From contig OZ241867.1 in assembly GCA_965203175.1 (NCBI GenBank), forward strand, positions 32,001 to 96,000: DNA of 64,000 nucleotides. Direction: 5' to 3'. The notes beneath the pieces are model-generated. The model was not told the DNA's origin and ran no database searches. It saw only the letters and a program-made list of their open reading frames with translations. This DNA is from Candidatus Latescibacterota bacterium. GTDB taxonomy: Bacteria; Latescibacterota; UBA2968; UBA8231. The position numbers and the translations under genes were made by a program. How positions within the stretch are numbered: the stretch's first letter is position 1; every line of letters starts with the position of its first letter. Shown in pieces: positions 47,496-57,217 of the stretch.

Positions 47496-49988
47496 CTAGT
47501 ACACGCTAGCGACGAGTTTGGTACTCGTAGTTTGCTCGCCTTCGGCGTCCACTTCCACGCCGACGCGACACACGTACAGTCCCGGCGGCAACAGCCGGCC
47601 CTGTCGATCGCGGCCATCCCAAGTCAGCCGCTGGACCCCTGCGGCGGTTGCGGCCGCCTGCTCGATGCGCTGCACCGACTGGCCGTCCAAGCCATAGACC
47701 TCCAGAACCAACGCCTTGGCTCCCTGCACTTGGAACACCGGAAAGACCAATTCCACCACGTCGTTGATCCCGTCTCCATTGGGCGTAAACGGATTCGACG
47801 ACGCAGCTACCTCACCTAAAACGGCCTTAGTAAAGGGCGTAAACACAGTCAGGCCGCGGCCCGCGTTGACTCCGTTATCCACCCGCTGCCACACTTGGTC
47901 GGCTCCTTGTCCTTGCCCGACCTGCACTTCAAAGGCATTGCTCACCAAGTAGAGCGCGCCGGCAAAGCGCAGCGACACGAGGTCCTGTCCCTGCACAACC
48001 GGCGCAGGCAGCCGCACCCACAGCGAATCTAGGCCGGTCGGCAGTCTCTCTAACTGATCGAGGCCGTACTGCTCTGCACCCACGGCTCCGTCAATCAAGT
48101 CCATCTCCGCGCCCGGCGGCAGCTCCACCAGCACTTGGTCAAATCCACTGTTGCCTTCTTGGAACGCGGGCCGCAAGAGCAAAGTGAACATCTGCGGCTG
48201 CCCGCGCTGGGACGCTCTGTTGGGGGTGATCTCGCCGAGAATTTGACTGGCGAGGGGCGCGTCCAGCGCGAGGCGCAGAGAGCGCAACAGCACGGCCGCG
48301 TCTGGATCGTCTGAGCGCAGGGTAGCCTCTATCATCACGTAGCGGCGCGGACTCGGCGAAGTGATGGGCGCACCCGACACCGAATAAGGCAGACTCCACG
48401 GACTCCAATCTGCACCGGGGATGATGGCAACGGTCGAATCGCCGCGCTGAAAGCTGAGCAATTTGCGGTACTTGGCCTCGGTCACTTCTTGGCCCGTGTT
48501 CGAGAAGTAGCGGATGTTCTGGCCGAGTTGATTTCCGCTGCGGCTGCGGACGCGCACTTGGGTGCCGGTCGGCGCGCTGGCTGTCCAGTGCATAGCCGAC
48601 AGAATGCGAGCGGCACCCCCCAATTCGATCGGCTCAGACGTAAGCGACACCTCGGGGAGAAAGCCGCGTCCGTATAGCTGTATCTCGCGGATGGCCGGAC
48701 GGGCCGACCCCCTGACCAAGGTGTAATTCATCCTGAAGTAACGCGCCTTGGTCAGCGGAAACACATTGTCCTGAAAGAGAATATTGCGATGCGCGGTTCC
48801 CTCTACACCTTCCAAGCCGCGCGCCGTCAATGCGACGTAGCTCAAGCTGCCATCCGGTGCGCGGCTGCCGTCGGAAAGCGCGATCCCGTAATTGGGAAAC
48901 GCCCGGCTGTACCTATCGCCAAAGACGATGGCAGTGCGGTTGACCCAGTACCAGGTTCCCAAGTCGAAATAGATATTGCGATGCGGATCCTGAAATACAA
49001 CCGCCGGATCGTTGCCGCTAAAGCCCACTTCCACGCTCCAGAAGGATCTCCACTCGCCATCTACAGTTAGCTTTTCCGCGCCCAAGTTGCCGTAGCCGAT
49101 AATCTCCCCGCCGCGGTCTAGGGCACCGAGGCTAATGTTGTCACCCATGGTCCACACCTCGACTTCGGTCAGCCGCGGCCTCTCCCGGCGATAGTATTCG
49201 ACCGGGCCTTGCCATTCCTCCTCAATGGCTTCGTATGCCGCTTGGTCGATCGGCCGCAAAACGCCGGAAGACTCGCGGCGGAAGTAGAGCACATCGCCGC
49301 GCTCTTCCTCCGGCAGACTGTTCCAGCGCGCGGCACTGATCTGCCCGGCCTGGCCCAAGTCGCTGGCCGTCGCCACCACCTGGAGAAACTGAATCAGCCG
49401 ACCAGTAAGCCCCGGGTCCACTTGGCGGGTAGGCTGCAACTCGAACTCATAGACGCGCTGCGATTTGTTTAATCCCTCGCTGTGGCCGGCGGGCAGGTAG
49501 CTGAAGGACTCGCTTTGCAAGAAGGCGGGATCGCCGTTGGCAGTGAGCACCTTGAACTGGAGGAATGGATCGCCTTGACCTTCAACGGCAAATTTCACCA
49601 CCACCTTCTGCGCCCACACTAGCCGCCCCAAGTCGATTTCGACCCACCACTTGTCGAGCGGGTCCGCCAAGTCCGGTTCCCAGAAGGTATCCTCCCGGCC
49701 ATCTAGAATGTTGGCAGCCCCCGCGAGGCCGGTTCCAGCACTGCGAATGCCACCTTGCACCCCATCTCCATAGGTGAACGCGCTGGCGTCCAAGGCGGCG
49801 TTGACCTGATCGCGGACAAAGACGGGCCGGACGCCTTCGGCGCTGAAGTCCAAGCTGCCCGGCGGAAAACCCCACTCCGGCCAGTGCTCCGGAGCGACGT
49901 TCAACCCTTCCTCGTCGAGTTGGTACGCTTGACACCACGCCGCCGATGCCGTCAGCAAAACCGTGCCCGCGATCGCAACGCTTTTCAT
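47496..49988 (-). CDS. Large secreted protein with FlgD-Ig/CHU_C-like C-terminal domain
   Basis: Start MKSVAIAG, signal peptide, discoidin-like 'VEIDLG' modules, NPFTPNGDGIND...WDGRD..G..LPPGLY. Confidence 0.85.
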   Translation of the reverse strand: MKSVAIAGTVLLTASAAWCQAYQLDEEGLNVAPEHWPEWGFPPGSLDFSAEGVRPVFVRDQVNAALDASAFTYGDGVQGGIRSAGTGLAGAANILDGREDTFWEPDLADPLDKWWVEIDLGRLVWAQKVVVKFAVEGQGDPFLQFKVLTANGDPAFLQSESFSYLPAGHSEGLNKSQRVYEFELQPTRQVDPGLTGRLIQFLQVVATASDLGQAGQISAARWNSLPEEERGDVLYFRRESSGVLRPIDQAAYEAIEEEWQGPVEYYRRERPRLTEVEVWTMGDNISLGALDRGGEIIGYGNLGAEKLTVDGEWRSFWSVEVGFSGNDPAVVFQDPHRNIYFDLGTWYWVNRTAIVFGDRYSRAFPNYGIALSDGSRAPDGSLSYVALTARGLEGVEGTAHRNILFQDNVFPLTKARYFRMNYTLVRGSARPAIREIQLYGRGFLPEVSLTSEPIELGGAARILSAMHWTASAPTGTQVRVRSRSGNQLGQNIRYFSNTGQEVTEAKYRKLLSFQRGDSTVAIIPGADWSPWSLPYSVSGAPITSPSPRRYVMIEATLRSDDPDAAVLLRSLRLALDAPLASQILGEITPNRASQRGQPQMFTLLLRPAFQEGNSGFDQVLVELPPGAEMDLIDGAVGAEQYGLDQLERLPTGLDSLWVRLPAPVVQGQDLVSLRFAGALYLVSNAFEVQVGQGQGADQVWQRVDNGVNAGRGLTVFTPFTKAVLGEVAASSNPFTPNGDGINDVVELVFPVFQVQGAKALVLEVYGLDGQSVQRIEQAAATAAGVQRLTWDGRDRQGRLLPPGLYVCRVGVEVDAEGEQTTSTKLVASVY

Positions 49989-49995
49989 AGCTGCT

Positions 49996-51117
49996 TCAGT
50001 GTGGATCGCCCACGCGCCAGCGATGCCTTTCCACCCCATCCATGTCCAACTCAATCCCAAAACCCGGGCCTTCCGGCAACACGATGCAACTGTCCTCCAC
50101 TCGCAACGGCTCGGTGATTATCTCGTCCCGCCACTCAATGCCGGTGACGAACTCCATGGGAGCCACATTCGGTATGGAAGCCATCAAATGCGCGGCCGCT
50201 ATAATGCCGACTGGGCCTTTGGTGTTATGCGGCGATATGGGAACGTGAAAGGTATCGGCAATGGCCGCGATTTTGCGCACCTCGGTAATCCCGCCAGCGT
50301 ACATCAGGTCGGGTTGTGCCACGTCGATGCCGTCTAGATCCAACAATTGGCGGTAGTGGCTCTTGGTGTTCAGCCGCTCGCTGCCCATGACCGGAATGGA
50401 GATTTCCCGCCGCACTTTTGGATAGGCGTTCAGGTCATCCGGCGGCACGGGGTCTTCAAACACGTAGAGGTCGGATGACTCTATGGCGCGGGCCAAGCGG
50501 ATGCACTGGGCCACTGTGAAGCGGCCGTGGCAATCGATCAACAGCTTGACATCCGGCCCCACCGCTTCCCGCACCGCGGCGAAATGCTCTGCCGTCTCGG
50601 TCGGATGGCCATCGTCCGCGTACTGACCGAAGTCGGCCCCACTCCGCGACCGCGCTCCACCCTTGAGCGCAGTGTACCCCTCTTCTACCTTTTCCTGCGC
50701 CATTTTCGCCGAATCCTCGGGCGTGGCACCACCAAAGTGCGTATAGACCTCGACCCGGTCGCGGAACTTGCCGCCCAACAGCTCGACCACCGGCAGATTC
50801 GCCACCTTGCCCTTGATGTCCCACAGGGCTTGGTCAATGCCGCTCATGGCGCTCATCCACACGGGGCCCGCCATGCGCCAGATGCAACTCAGCGAGGAGC
50901 GCAGATAGAGCTTGTGCCACAAGTACTCGATGCGCGCCGGATCTTCGCCGATCAGTTCCTGTTTGAGATGCTCGATGGCAGCGACGACCACTGGCTCCTT
51001 GTTGGAATACGTGGCCTCGCCCAAACCCACTAGGCCCTCGTCTGTAAAGACCCGCACAATCGTCCATTTGCGGCCTGGCGAGTCGATCAGAATGGTATCA
51101 ATATCGCGTATTTTCAT
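49996..51117 (-). CDS. Mandelate racemase/muconate lactonizing enzyme family (galactonate dehydratase-like)
   Basis: TDEGLVGLGE, SGIDQALWDIKGK, LLGG, DCH, EDP, SER, QPD, PHN. Confidence 0.92.
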   Translation of the reverse strand: MKIRDIDTILIDSPGRKWTIVRVFTDEGLVGLGEATYSNKEPVVVAAIEHLKQELIGEDPARIEYLWHKLYLRSSLSCIWRMAGPVWMSAMSGIDQALWDIKGKVANLPVVELLGGKFRDRVEVYTHFGGATPEDSAKMAQEKVEEGYTALKGGARSRSGADFGQYADDGHPTETAEHFAAVREAVGPDVKLLIDCHGRFTVAQCIRLARAIESSDLYVFEDPVPPDDLNAYPKVRREISIPVMGSERLNTKSHYRQLLDLDGIDVAQPDLMYAGGITEVRKIAAIADTFHVPISPHNTKGPVGIIAAAHLMASIPNVAPMEFVTGIEWRDEIITEPLRVEDSCIVLPEGPGFGIELDMDGVERHRWRVGDPH

Positions 51118-51152
51118 CGCATTACCTTTTGCCCTGCGAAGGGCTTTTCCTA

Positions 51153-52433
51153 TTAGAGGTTGGGTTCGGCTGTTGAAAGCTCCGCGCCATTATACGCCCA
51201 TTGCAAGTGTATATGGCTGGTCGAGTGTCTTTTGCTGATACGCCCCCCCGGCATATCCAGCGTCCGTTCCCAGCAATGGGGCGTCAACACGCCTTGCACT
51301 TCTTGGTAGCGATTGTAAGTAGTGATCCAAGTCGGCGGCAGAAAGTCGGGATTGGCTTGCTTGAACCATTGCTCTTCTTGGGGCGTTAGCTTTTCTCTGG
51401 TCTCGGCCAAGAGCGCCGTGCGACAGTCAAAGAGCGCCTCGAAATAGTGCCCGAATTTCCGGTCATCTACCAGCACGACATCATGGCAAGTCCCGTCCTT
51501 ATGGCGCTCTTGCTCGAGATAATCCAAGGCCACGCCCTCGCCCATAAAGCGGTCGATGAAATGCCAGCGGACCTCTTCGCCCCGGTGGCGCTTGGCGGCC
51601 AAATCAGGAGGCAGGATGCCTCCATATCGCCCCCAGCGATCTTCAAAGAGCGCCTCGAATGTACCCCGCTCCCGGATGGAGGGATTTTTGCTCACATAAG
51701 ATGGGTTGGAGACCGCAGGGTCGAACGAAACCTCTACCTTGTACTTCTCTTTTTTAGCGACCGCTCGATTTCCCCATCCTTCGTAGTGCCAAGTCGCCAC
51801 CGGATACAGATAGGGGGTCACTGGGAGCACCTTTAGGCAAACACCACCTTGGCAAGAAGGCCTTTTCAAATCTCTTACATTGGACTCTAACCACACCATC
51901 GCACTCATTGCTCGTATTTCGAGCAGGCGCTGCCTACCGCCCATGGCCTCAATTGCCCGCTCTACTACCTCCAAGGCCCGGTCGCGGTCTGCACCCATCT
52001 TGGCTAGGGGAAAGCGCACGTAGTCCTCGCGATAGTTCCCCTCGGCGGCCACGAACGCCAAGAGCAAGGAGTCGATATTCACATCGCCAGACCGCTCTAT
52101 CTGTATCCTCTTTTCGAGGTGAGCCATGGCGTCGTGCGCCTCGGGCGGCAATTGCTCCGCAATCTCATCAAGAGGAGTGGATTCAGCGGTTTCCTGTGCA
52201 AGCTGCAGTGGCGCAGCCTCGACGACCAAGCGCTGCATTTGCCGCTCGTGCAAAGCAGGTTTCGTAGGATCGAAGGCCCTCATTTCTAGTCGCGGCGGCT
52301 GACGAAAAACCACTTGGAAAGACGGTTGAGGTTCGGGTATGGAAGGAGTCAACAAGACCACAGTTAAATGCAGGAGGGCCGAAAGGAACAGGCAGACGGC
52401 CACTCTCTTGGTTTCTGTCGAGGACCAGTGCAT
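51153..52433 (-). CDS. Hypothetical membrane-anchored protein, family A copy 1
   Basis: N-terminal TM with SALLH; paralog of 53650-54912; AAGGAG RBS. Confidence 0.8.
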   Translation of the reverse strand: MHWSSTETKRVAVCLFLSALLHLTVVLLTPSIPEPQPSFQVVFRQPPRLEMRAFDPTKPALHERQMQRLVVEAAPLQLAQETAESTPLDEIAEQLPPEAHDAMAHLEKRIQIERSGDVNIDSLLLAFVAAEGNYREDYVRFPLAKMGADRDRALEVVERAIEAMGGRQRLLEIRAMSAMVWLESNVRDLKRPSCQGGVCLKVLPVTPYLYPVATWHYEGWGNRAVAKKEKYKVEVSFDPAVSNPSYVSKNPSIRERGTFEALFEDRWGRYGGILPPDLAAKRHRGEEVRWHFIDRFMGEGVALDYLEQERHKDGTCHDVVLVDDRKFGHYFEALFDCRTALLAETREKLTPQEEQWFKQANPDFLPPTWITTYNRYQEVQGVLTPHCWERTLDMPGGRISKRHSTSHIHLQWAYNGAELSTAEPNL

Positions 52434-52451
52434 ATCAATCTCCTTTCGCGC

Positions 52452-53528
52452 TCAGCGATGCAGACGACCGTTTTCAAGCAAACAGTCTAATACTTCTTGC
52501 GCCACAGTGCGAGCTACTTCTTGGTAAAACCCTTCGAGCATGGAATTGTCGTCCATCTCAAAGGCCGTATTGACGCCGTGCCACTTTTTCAACACCTCTT
52601 TGTTCTCAGGCATATCCTTCATTACCAACAGCGCGGTGGTGCCTAGCTTGAATTGTTGTTGGTCGCGATCCTTGCCACATGAGTACGAGTCTGCCACGTA
52701 ATCCAAAATATAGCGGGCGTCCTTAGCAGATGCGAGATCCGTGGTCCAATGAACGCGTCTGAACTGTTTGAGTTTGTCCAGGAGGGACGCTCGAATGGAC
52801 TCATGCAGTGCAAGGAGCTTTTCCTTCTGTATATCCTCCTGACGCGAAGCGGTCTTAAATATCTTAGAAAAGGTACTATCATCTATAAAAATTTGAGTGC
52901 GGACCTTCATACTACGGGTGCGGCCTGGCTTGATAACTGTACTGGCCTGTAAGGCATTACTGTTGCTCGTCCTCACCAACACCTTAAAGGTTCCAGTCGG
53001 AGCTTCTACCACACCTTCCTCCTCGATCGGCTCTTCCACCACCGACGACCCCACGAATGAAACCAGCAGAGCCGCTGTATAATCCAACGCTTGAAACTTG
53101 AGCAATTTGCTCTTGCCCGCCGCTTTGGCGATCAGCGGTTCCAGCCCAACATTCTCTTCTTTCTTTAACAGGTCGCCGGCCATATCCACAACCCGCACCA
53201 AATACGCCTTGGCCTCGCGCTCGGAAAAATGCGCTCCGTGCAGCGCAAAAAGCTGTTCGCCAAGTGCCGTGGACTTCTTGCAATGAGTCTTTAGGTCTCG
53301 CAACAGTGAGACCAAAGAATCCCGACTCGCGGCAGCCGACAATCCAGACGCCGTGCTGATATCCGCGACGAACTCGTCCAACGTACCCTTGTCGTCCCGC
53401 TCCATGCGGTCGCGCAACTGTTCCAAGGCCACGAGCACAAAACTCGCCTCTTGCGCAGAAGCGGCAGAGGCACTCGATGCCATGCAGAAAAAGACACAAA
53501 CACCAATGCGGAACCATCTGTTATTCAC
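52452..53528 (-). CDS. Hypothetical secreted protein, family B copy 1
   Basis: Signal peptide; N-terminal ~150 aa nearly identical to 54953-55996 and 56144-57202. Confidence 0.82.
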   Translation of the reverse strand: MNNRWFRIGVCVFFCMASSASAASAQEASFVLVALEQLRDRMERDDKGTLDEFVADISTASGLSAAASRDSLVSLLRDLKTHCKKSTALGEQLFALHGAHFSEREAKAYLVRVVDMAGDLLKKEENVGLEPLIAKAAGKSKLLKFQALDYTAALLVSFVGSSVVEEPIEEEGVVEAPTGTFKVLVRTSNSNALQASTVIKPGRTRSMKVRTQIFIDDSTFSKIFKTASRQEDIQKEKLLALHESIRASLLDKLKQFRRVHWTTDLASAKDARYILDYVADSYSCGKDRDQQQFKLGTTALLVMKDMPENKEVLKKWHGVNTAFEMDDNSMLEGFYQEVARTVAQEVLDCLLENGRLHR

Positions 53529-53649
53529 GCGTCTGCCTCCTTGCTAAGTACACGACAGGGGCTCTACAGATAATGCCGGGGGACGCCGTTCACATTATCG
53601 CGGATTTTCATCGCACTAACCTTCCTTTTGCATCGTACAGGAATACTTC

Positions 53650-54912
53650 CTAGCGAACGGGTTCTGCTATTGACGGCTCCTCGCCATTATACGCCCATTG
53701 CAAATATACAGAGATGGCATCCCTCCCCTGTGCCCGCTTCCAGAGATGGGGTGTCAACACGCCCTGCACTTCTTGGTAGCGATCGTAAACCGTGATCCAA
53801 GTCGGCGGATTGACCTTGGGATTGGGATTGGCTTGCCTAAACCATTGCTCTTCTTGGGGCGTCAGCTTCTCTTTGGTCTTGGCCAAGAGCGCCGTGCGAC
53901 AGTCAAAGAGCGCCTCGAAATAGTGCCCGAACTTCCGGTCATCTACCAGCACTACCTCATAACAAGTCCCGTCCCGACTGCGCTCTTGGCCGAGGTAATC
54001 TAAGGCAACGCCCTCGCCCATAAAGCGGTCGATAAAATGCCAACGCACCGCTTCGCCCCGGAGGCGCATGGCGGCCAGATCAGAGGGTAGGTTGCCGCTA
54101 AGCCGCATCCAGCGATGGCCAAACAAATTCTCGAATATTCTCGGCTGTAGCTTGGGATTTTTGCTCACATAAGACGGATTGGGGACCGCCGGGTCGAACG
54201 AAACCTCTACCTTGTATTTTTTTTTGGTAGAGACAGCGTGATTCCCCCATCCTTCGTAGTGCCAAGTCGCCACCGGGTATAGATATGGATTCACTGAAAT
54301 CACCGATAGAGGAAAACCTCCTTGCCAAGAAGGCATTCTTAGCTCCTTTAAGTTGACCTCTATCCACACCATCGCGCTCATTTCTCGTATTGCGAGCAGG
54401 CGCTTCCTACCGCCCATAGTTTCAATCGCCCGCTCTATCACCTCCAAAGCCCGATCGCGGCCTGCGCCCGTATTGGGCAGGGGAAAGCGCACGTAGTCCT
54501 CGCGATAGTCTCCTTCGGCGGCCATGTGCGCCAAGAGCAAGGAGTCGATGTTCACATAGTCAGACCACTCTATCCGCATCCTCTTTGCCAGATGAGCCAC
54601 GTCGTCGCGCGCCTCGGGCGGCAGTTGCTCTGCAACCTCGCCAAAAGGAGCGGATTCGGTGGATTCCTGTGCGAGCTGCGGTAGTGCACTCTTGACAACC
54701 AAGCGCTGCATTTGCCGCTCGCGCAAAGCAGGTTTTGCAGGATCAAATGGCCTCGTTTCTAGTGCGCGTGGCGGCGGACGAAAAACCACCTGGAAGGTCG
54801 GTTGTGGGTCGGGTGTGAGGGGTGGCGTCAACAAGACCACAACCAGATGCAGGAGGGCCGAAAGGAACAGGCAGACAGCCAGTCTCTTGGTTTCGGTCGA
54901 GGACCGTTGCAT
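53650..54912 (-). CDS. Hypothetical membrane-anchored protein, family A copy 2
   Basis: Paralog of 51153-52433 (shared VRWHFIDRFMGEGVALDYL, DDRKFGHYFEALFDCRTALLA). Confidence 0.8.
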   Translation of the reverse strand: MQRSSTETKRLAVCLFLSALLHLVVVLLTPPLTPDPQPTFQVVFRPPPRALETRPFDPAKPALRERQMQRLVVKSALPQLAQESTESAPFGEVAEQLPPEARDDVAHLAKRMRIEWSDYVNIDSLLLAHMAAEGDYREDYVRFPLPNTGAGRDRALEVIERAIETMGGRKRLLAIREMSAMVWIEVNLKELRMPSWQGGFPLSVISVNPYLYPVATWHYEGWGNHAVSTKKKYKVEVSFDPAVPNPSYVSKNPKLQPRIFENLFGHRWMRLSGNLPSDLAAMRLRGEAVRWHFIDRFMGEGVALDYLGQERSRDGTCYEVVLVDDRKFGHYFEALFDCRTALLAKTKEKLTPQEEQWFRQANPNPKVNPPTWITVYDRYQEVQGVLTPHLWKRAQGRDAISVYLQWAYNGEEPSIAEPVR

Positions 54913-54952
54913 ATCAATCTCTTTTCGTATTCAGCGACAGATATGAACGTTT

Positions 54953-55996
54953 TTAATCAAACAGCGGCGACACTTCTTGTGCCACAGTGCGAGCGGCTTC
55001 TTGATAAAGATCATCGAGAATAGATTCGTCGTCTGGTATGAGGTCCGGTATGAAGTCCTTCTGGATGATGAGTTCTTGCTTCAGCACCGTTTCGTCCTTG
55101 ATCACATCCTTCACTACCAATAGCACGTAGCTCTCTAGCATACGTCGGTCGGTATTGCGGCCATAGGTGCCGACCCAGTACGCGTGTACAATGTAATCCA
55201 AGGTGTAGCGAATGTCCTTGGCCGAGGGACTCGTGGTGACGCGGACGCGGTCGAACCGTTTGATAAGCTCATCCAAGAGGGCTGGTCGCACCGACTCATG
55301 CAGTGCTAGTATTTTTTTTTGCGCCTTCATTTTTGGACGCGCGGAAACCTTAAATACCCTGAAAAAGGTGGCATTGGATGAAGATCCATTCTCAACTAGA
55401 CGATCAACCTGCTCAGACAAGCCCTCACTGTTGCTCGTCTTCACCAACACTTTAAAGGTTCCAGTCGGAGCTTTTACAGTGCCCTCCTCCGCGGATGGTT
55501 CCTCCACCTCCGGCGACCCGACAAACGGAACTAGTAGAGCTTTCGTATAATCCAAGGCTTGAAACTTGAGCAATTTGCTTTTGCCCGCCGCTTTGGCGAT
55601 CAGCGGCTCCAGCCCAACATTCTCTTCTTTTTTTAACAGGTCGCCGACCATATCCACGACCCGCACCAAGTACGCCTTGGCCTCGCGCTCAGAAAAATGC
55701 TCGCCGTGCAGCGCAAAAAGCTGTTCACCAAGTGCCGTGGACTTCTTGCAATGAGTCTTTAGATCCCGCAACAGTGAGACCAAAGAATCCCGACTCGCAG
55801 TAGCGGACAATCCAGACGCCGTGCTGATATCCGCGACGAACTCGTCCAACGTACCCTTGTCGTCCCGCTCCATGCGGTCGCGCAACTGTTCCAAGGCCAC
55901 GAGCACAAAATCCGTTTCTTGCGCAGAAGTGGCAGAGGCACTCGATGCCATGCCGAAAAAGATGCAAACAGCAATGCGATACCATGTGTTACTCAC
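54953..55996 (-). CDS. Hypothetical secreted protein, family B copy 2
   Basis: Paralog of B copies 1 and 3. Confidence 0.82.
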   Translation of the reverse strand: MSNTWYRIAVCIFFGMASSASATSAQETDFVLVALEQLRDRMERDDKGTLDEFVADISTASGLSATASRDSLVSLLRDLKTHCKKSTALGEQLFALHGEHFSEREAKAYLVRVVDMVGDLLKKEENVGLEPLIAKAAGKSKLLKFQALDYTKALLVPFVGSPEVEEPSAEEGTVKAPTGTFKVLVKTSNSEGLSEQVDRLVENGSSSNATFFRVFKVSARPKMKAQKKILALHESVRPALLDELIKRFDRVRVTTSPSAKDIRYTLDYIVHAYWVGTYGRNTDRRMLESYVLLVVKDVIKDETVLKQELIIQKDFIPDLIPDDESILDDLYQEAARTVAQEVSPLFD

Positions 55997-56103
55997 GCGT
56001 ATACTCCCTGGTCAAATCTGCCTTGGTAGCGATCATAGATAGTGATCCAAGCTGGCAGCCGATCTTTGGGCGTCATCTTGGTTTCTGTCGCGGACCAGTG
56101 CAT
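55993..56103 (-). pseudogene. Internally deleted remnant of family A gene (copy 3)
   Basis: Translates MHWSATETK-MTPKDRL-PAWITIYDRYQ-GRFDQGVYA*, joining the A-family N-terminus (MHWSSTETK) to its near-C-terminal PTWITxYxRYQ; same RBS context as A1. Confidence 0.8.
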
Positions 56104-56143
56104 ATCAATCTCCTTTCGTACTCAGCGACGCAGGCGGACGTTT

Positions 56144-57202
56144 TCAATCAAACAGCGGCGACACTTCTTGCGCCACAGTGCGAGCTGCTTCTTGGTAAAA
56201 CTCATCGAGAATAGATTCGTCATCCGGTATGAAGTCCGGCATGAAATCCTTTCTGATGATGAGTTCCTGCTCCAGCACCGTCTCGTCCTTGAGCATATCC
56301 TGCACTACCAACTGCACTTGGGAGCCTAACTCCGCTCGTCGGCCAGGGCTATAGAAGCCGACCCTGTACCAGTTCACAATATAATCCAAGGTGTAGCGAA
56401 AGTCCTTGGCTGAAGGATCCGTGGTAAAGCGGACGCGGCTGAACCGTTTGAGCTCGTCCAAAAGCGCCGGTCGAACCGACTCATGTAGGGAAAGAAGCTT
56501 TCTCTTAGCCTTCATTCTTTTTTGCGGGAAGACTTTAAATATCCTAAAAAAGAGGTCCTCATTTGAAAAGATCTCATCATCTGGACCTCCGTATGCCTCA
56601 ACTAGTCCATTAATCTGGTCAGACAAGGCCTCACTGTTGCTCGTCTTCACCAACACTTTAAAGGTTCCAGGCAGGACATTTACCGCGCGCTCCTCTTCGG
56701 CCGACTCTTCCACCACCGGCGACCCCACGAATGGAACCAGCAGCGCCGCTGTATAATCCAAGGCTTGAAACTTGAGCAATTTGCTTTTGCCCGCCGCTTT
56801 GGCGATCAGCAGCTCCAGCCCAACATTCTCTTCTTTCTTTAAAAGGTCGCCAGCCATATCCACGACCCGCACCAGGTACGCCTTGGCCTCGCGCTCAGAA
56901 AAATGCGCTCCGTGCAGCGCAAAGAGCTGTTCACCGAGGGCCGTGGATTTCTTGCAATGCGTCTTTAGATCCCGCAACAGTGAGACCAAAGAATCCCGAC
57001 TCGCGGTAGCAGACAATCCAGACGCCGTACTGACATCCGCGACGAACTCGTCCAACGTACCCTTGTCGTCCTGCTCCATGCGGTCGCGCAACTGTTCCAA
57101 AGCCACGAACACAAAACTCGCCTCTTGTCCAGAAACGGCAGAGGCACTCGATACCATGCCGAAAAAGACGCAAACAACAATGTGATACCACGTGTTACTC
57201 AT
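56144..57202 (-). CDS. Hypothetical secreted protein, family B copy 3
   Basis: Paralog of B copies 1 and 2; GAGGAGG RBS. Confidence 0.82.
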   Translation of the reverse strand: MSNTWYHIVVCVFFGMVSSASAVSGQEASFVFVALEQLRDRMEQDDKGTLDEFVADVSTASGLSATASRDSLVSLLRDLKTHCKKSTALGEQLFALHGAHFSEREAKAYLVRVVDMAGDLLKKEENVGLELLIAKAAGKSKLLKFQALDYTAALLVPFVGSPVVEESAEEERAVNVLPGTFKVLVKTSNSEALSDQINGLVEAYGGPDDEIFSNEDLFFRIFKVFPQKRMKAKRKLLSLHESVRPALLDELKRFSRVRFTTDPSAKDFRYTLDYIVNWYRVGFYSPGRRAELGSQVQLVVQDMLKDETVLEQELIIRKDFMPDFIPDDESILDEFYQEAARTVAQEVSPLFD

Positions 57203-57217
57203 CCGTATGCCTCCTCG

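Noticed and set aside
51153-57202. Diversity-generating retroelement or CRISPR-like array
   Set aside because: No reverse transcriptase or cas genes in the window; the repeats are whole genes differing by indels and varied substitutions, not adenine-specific changes or repeat-spacer units.
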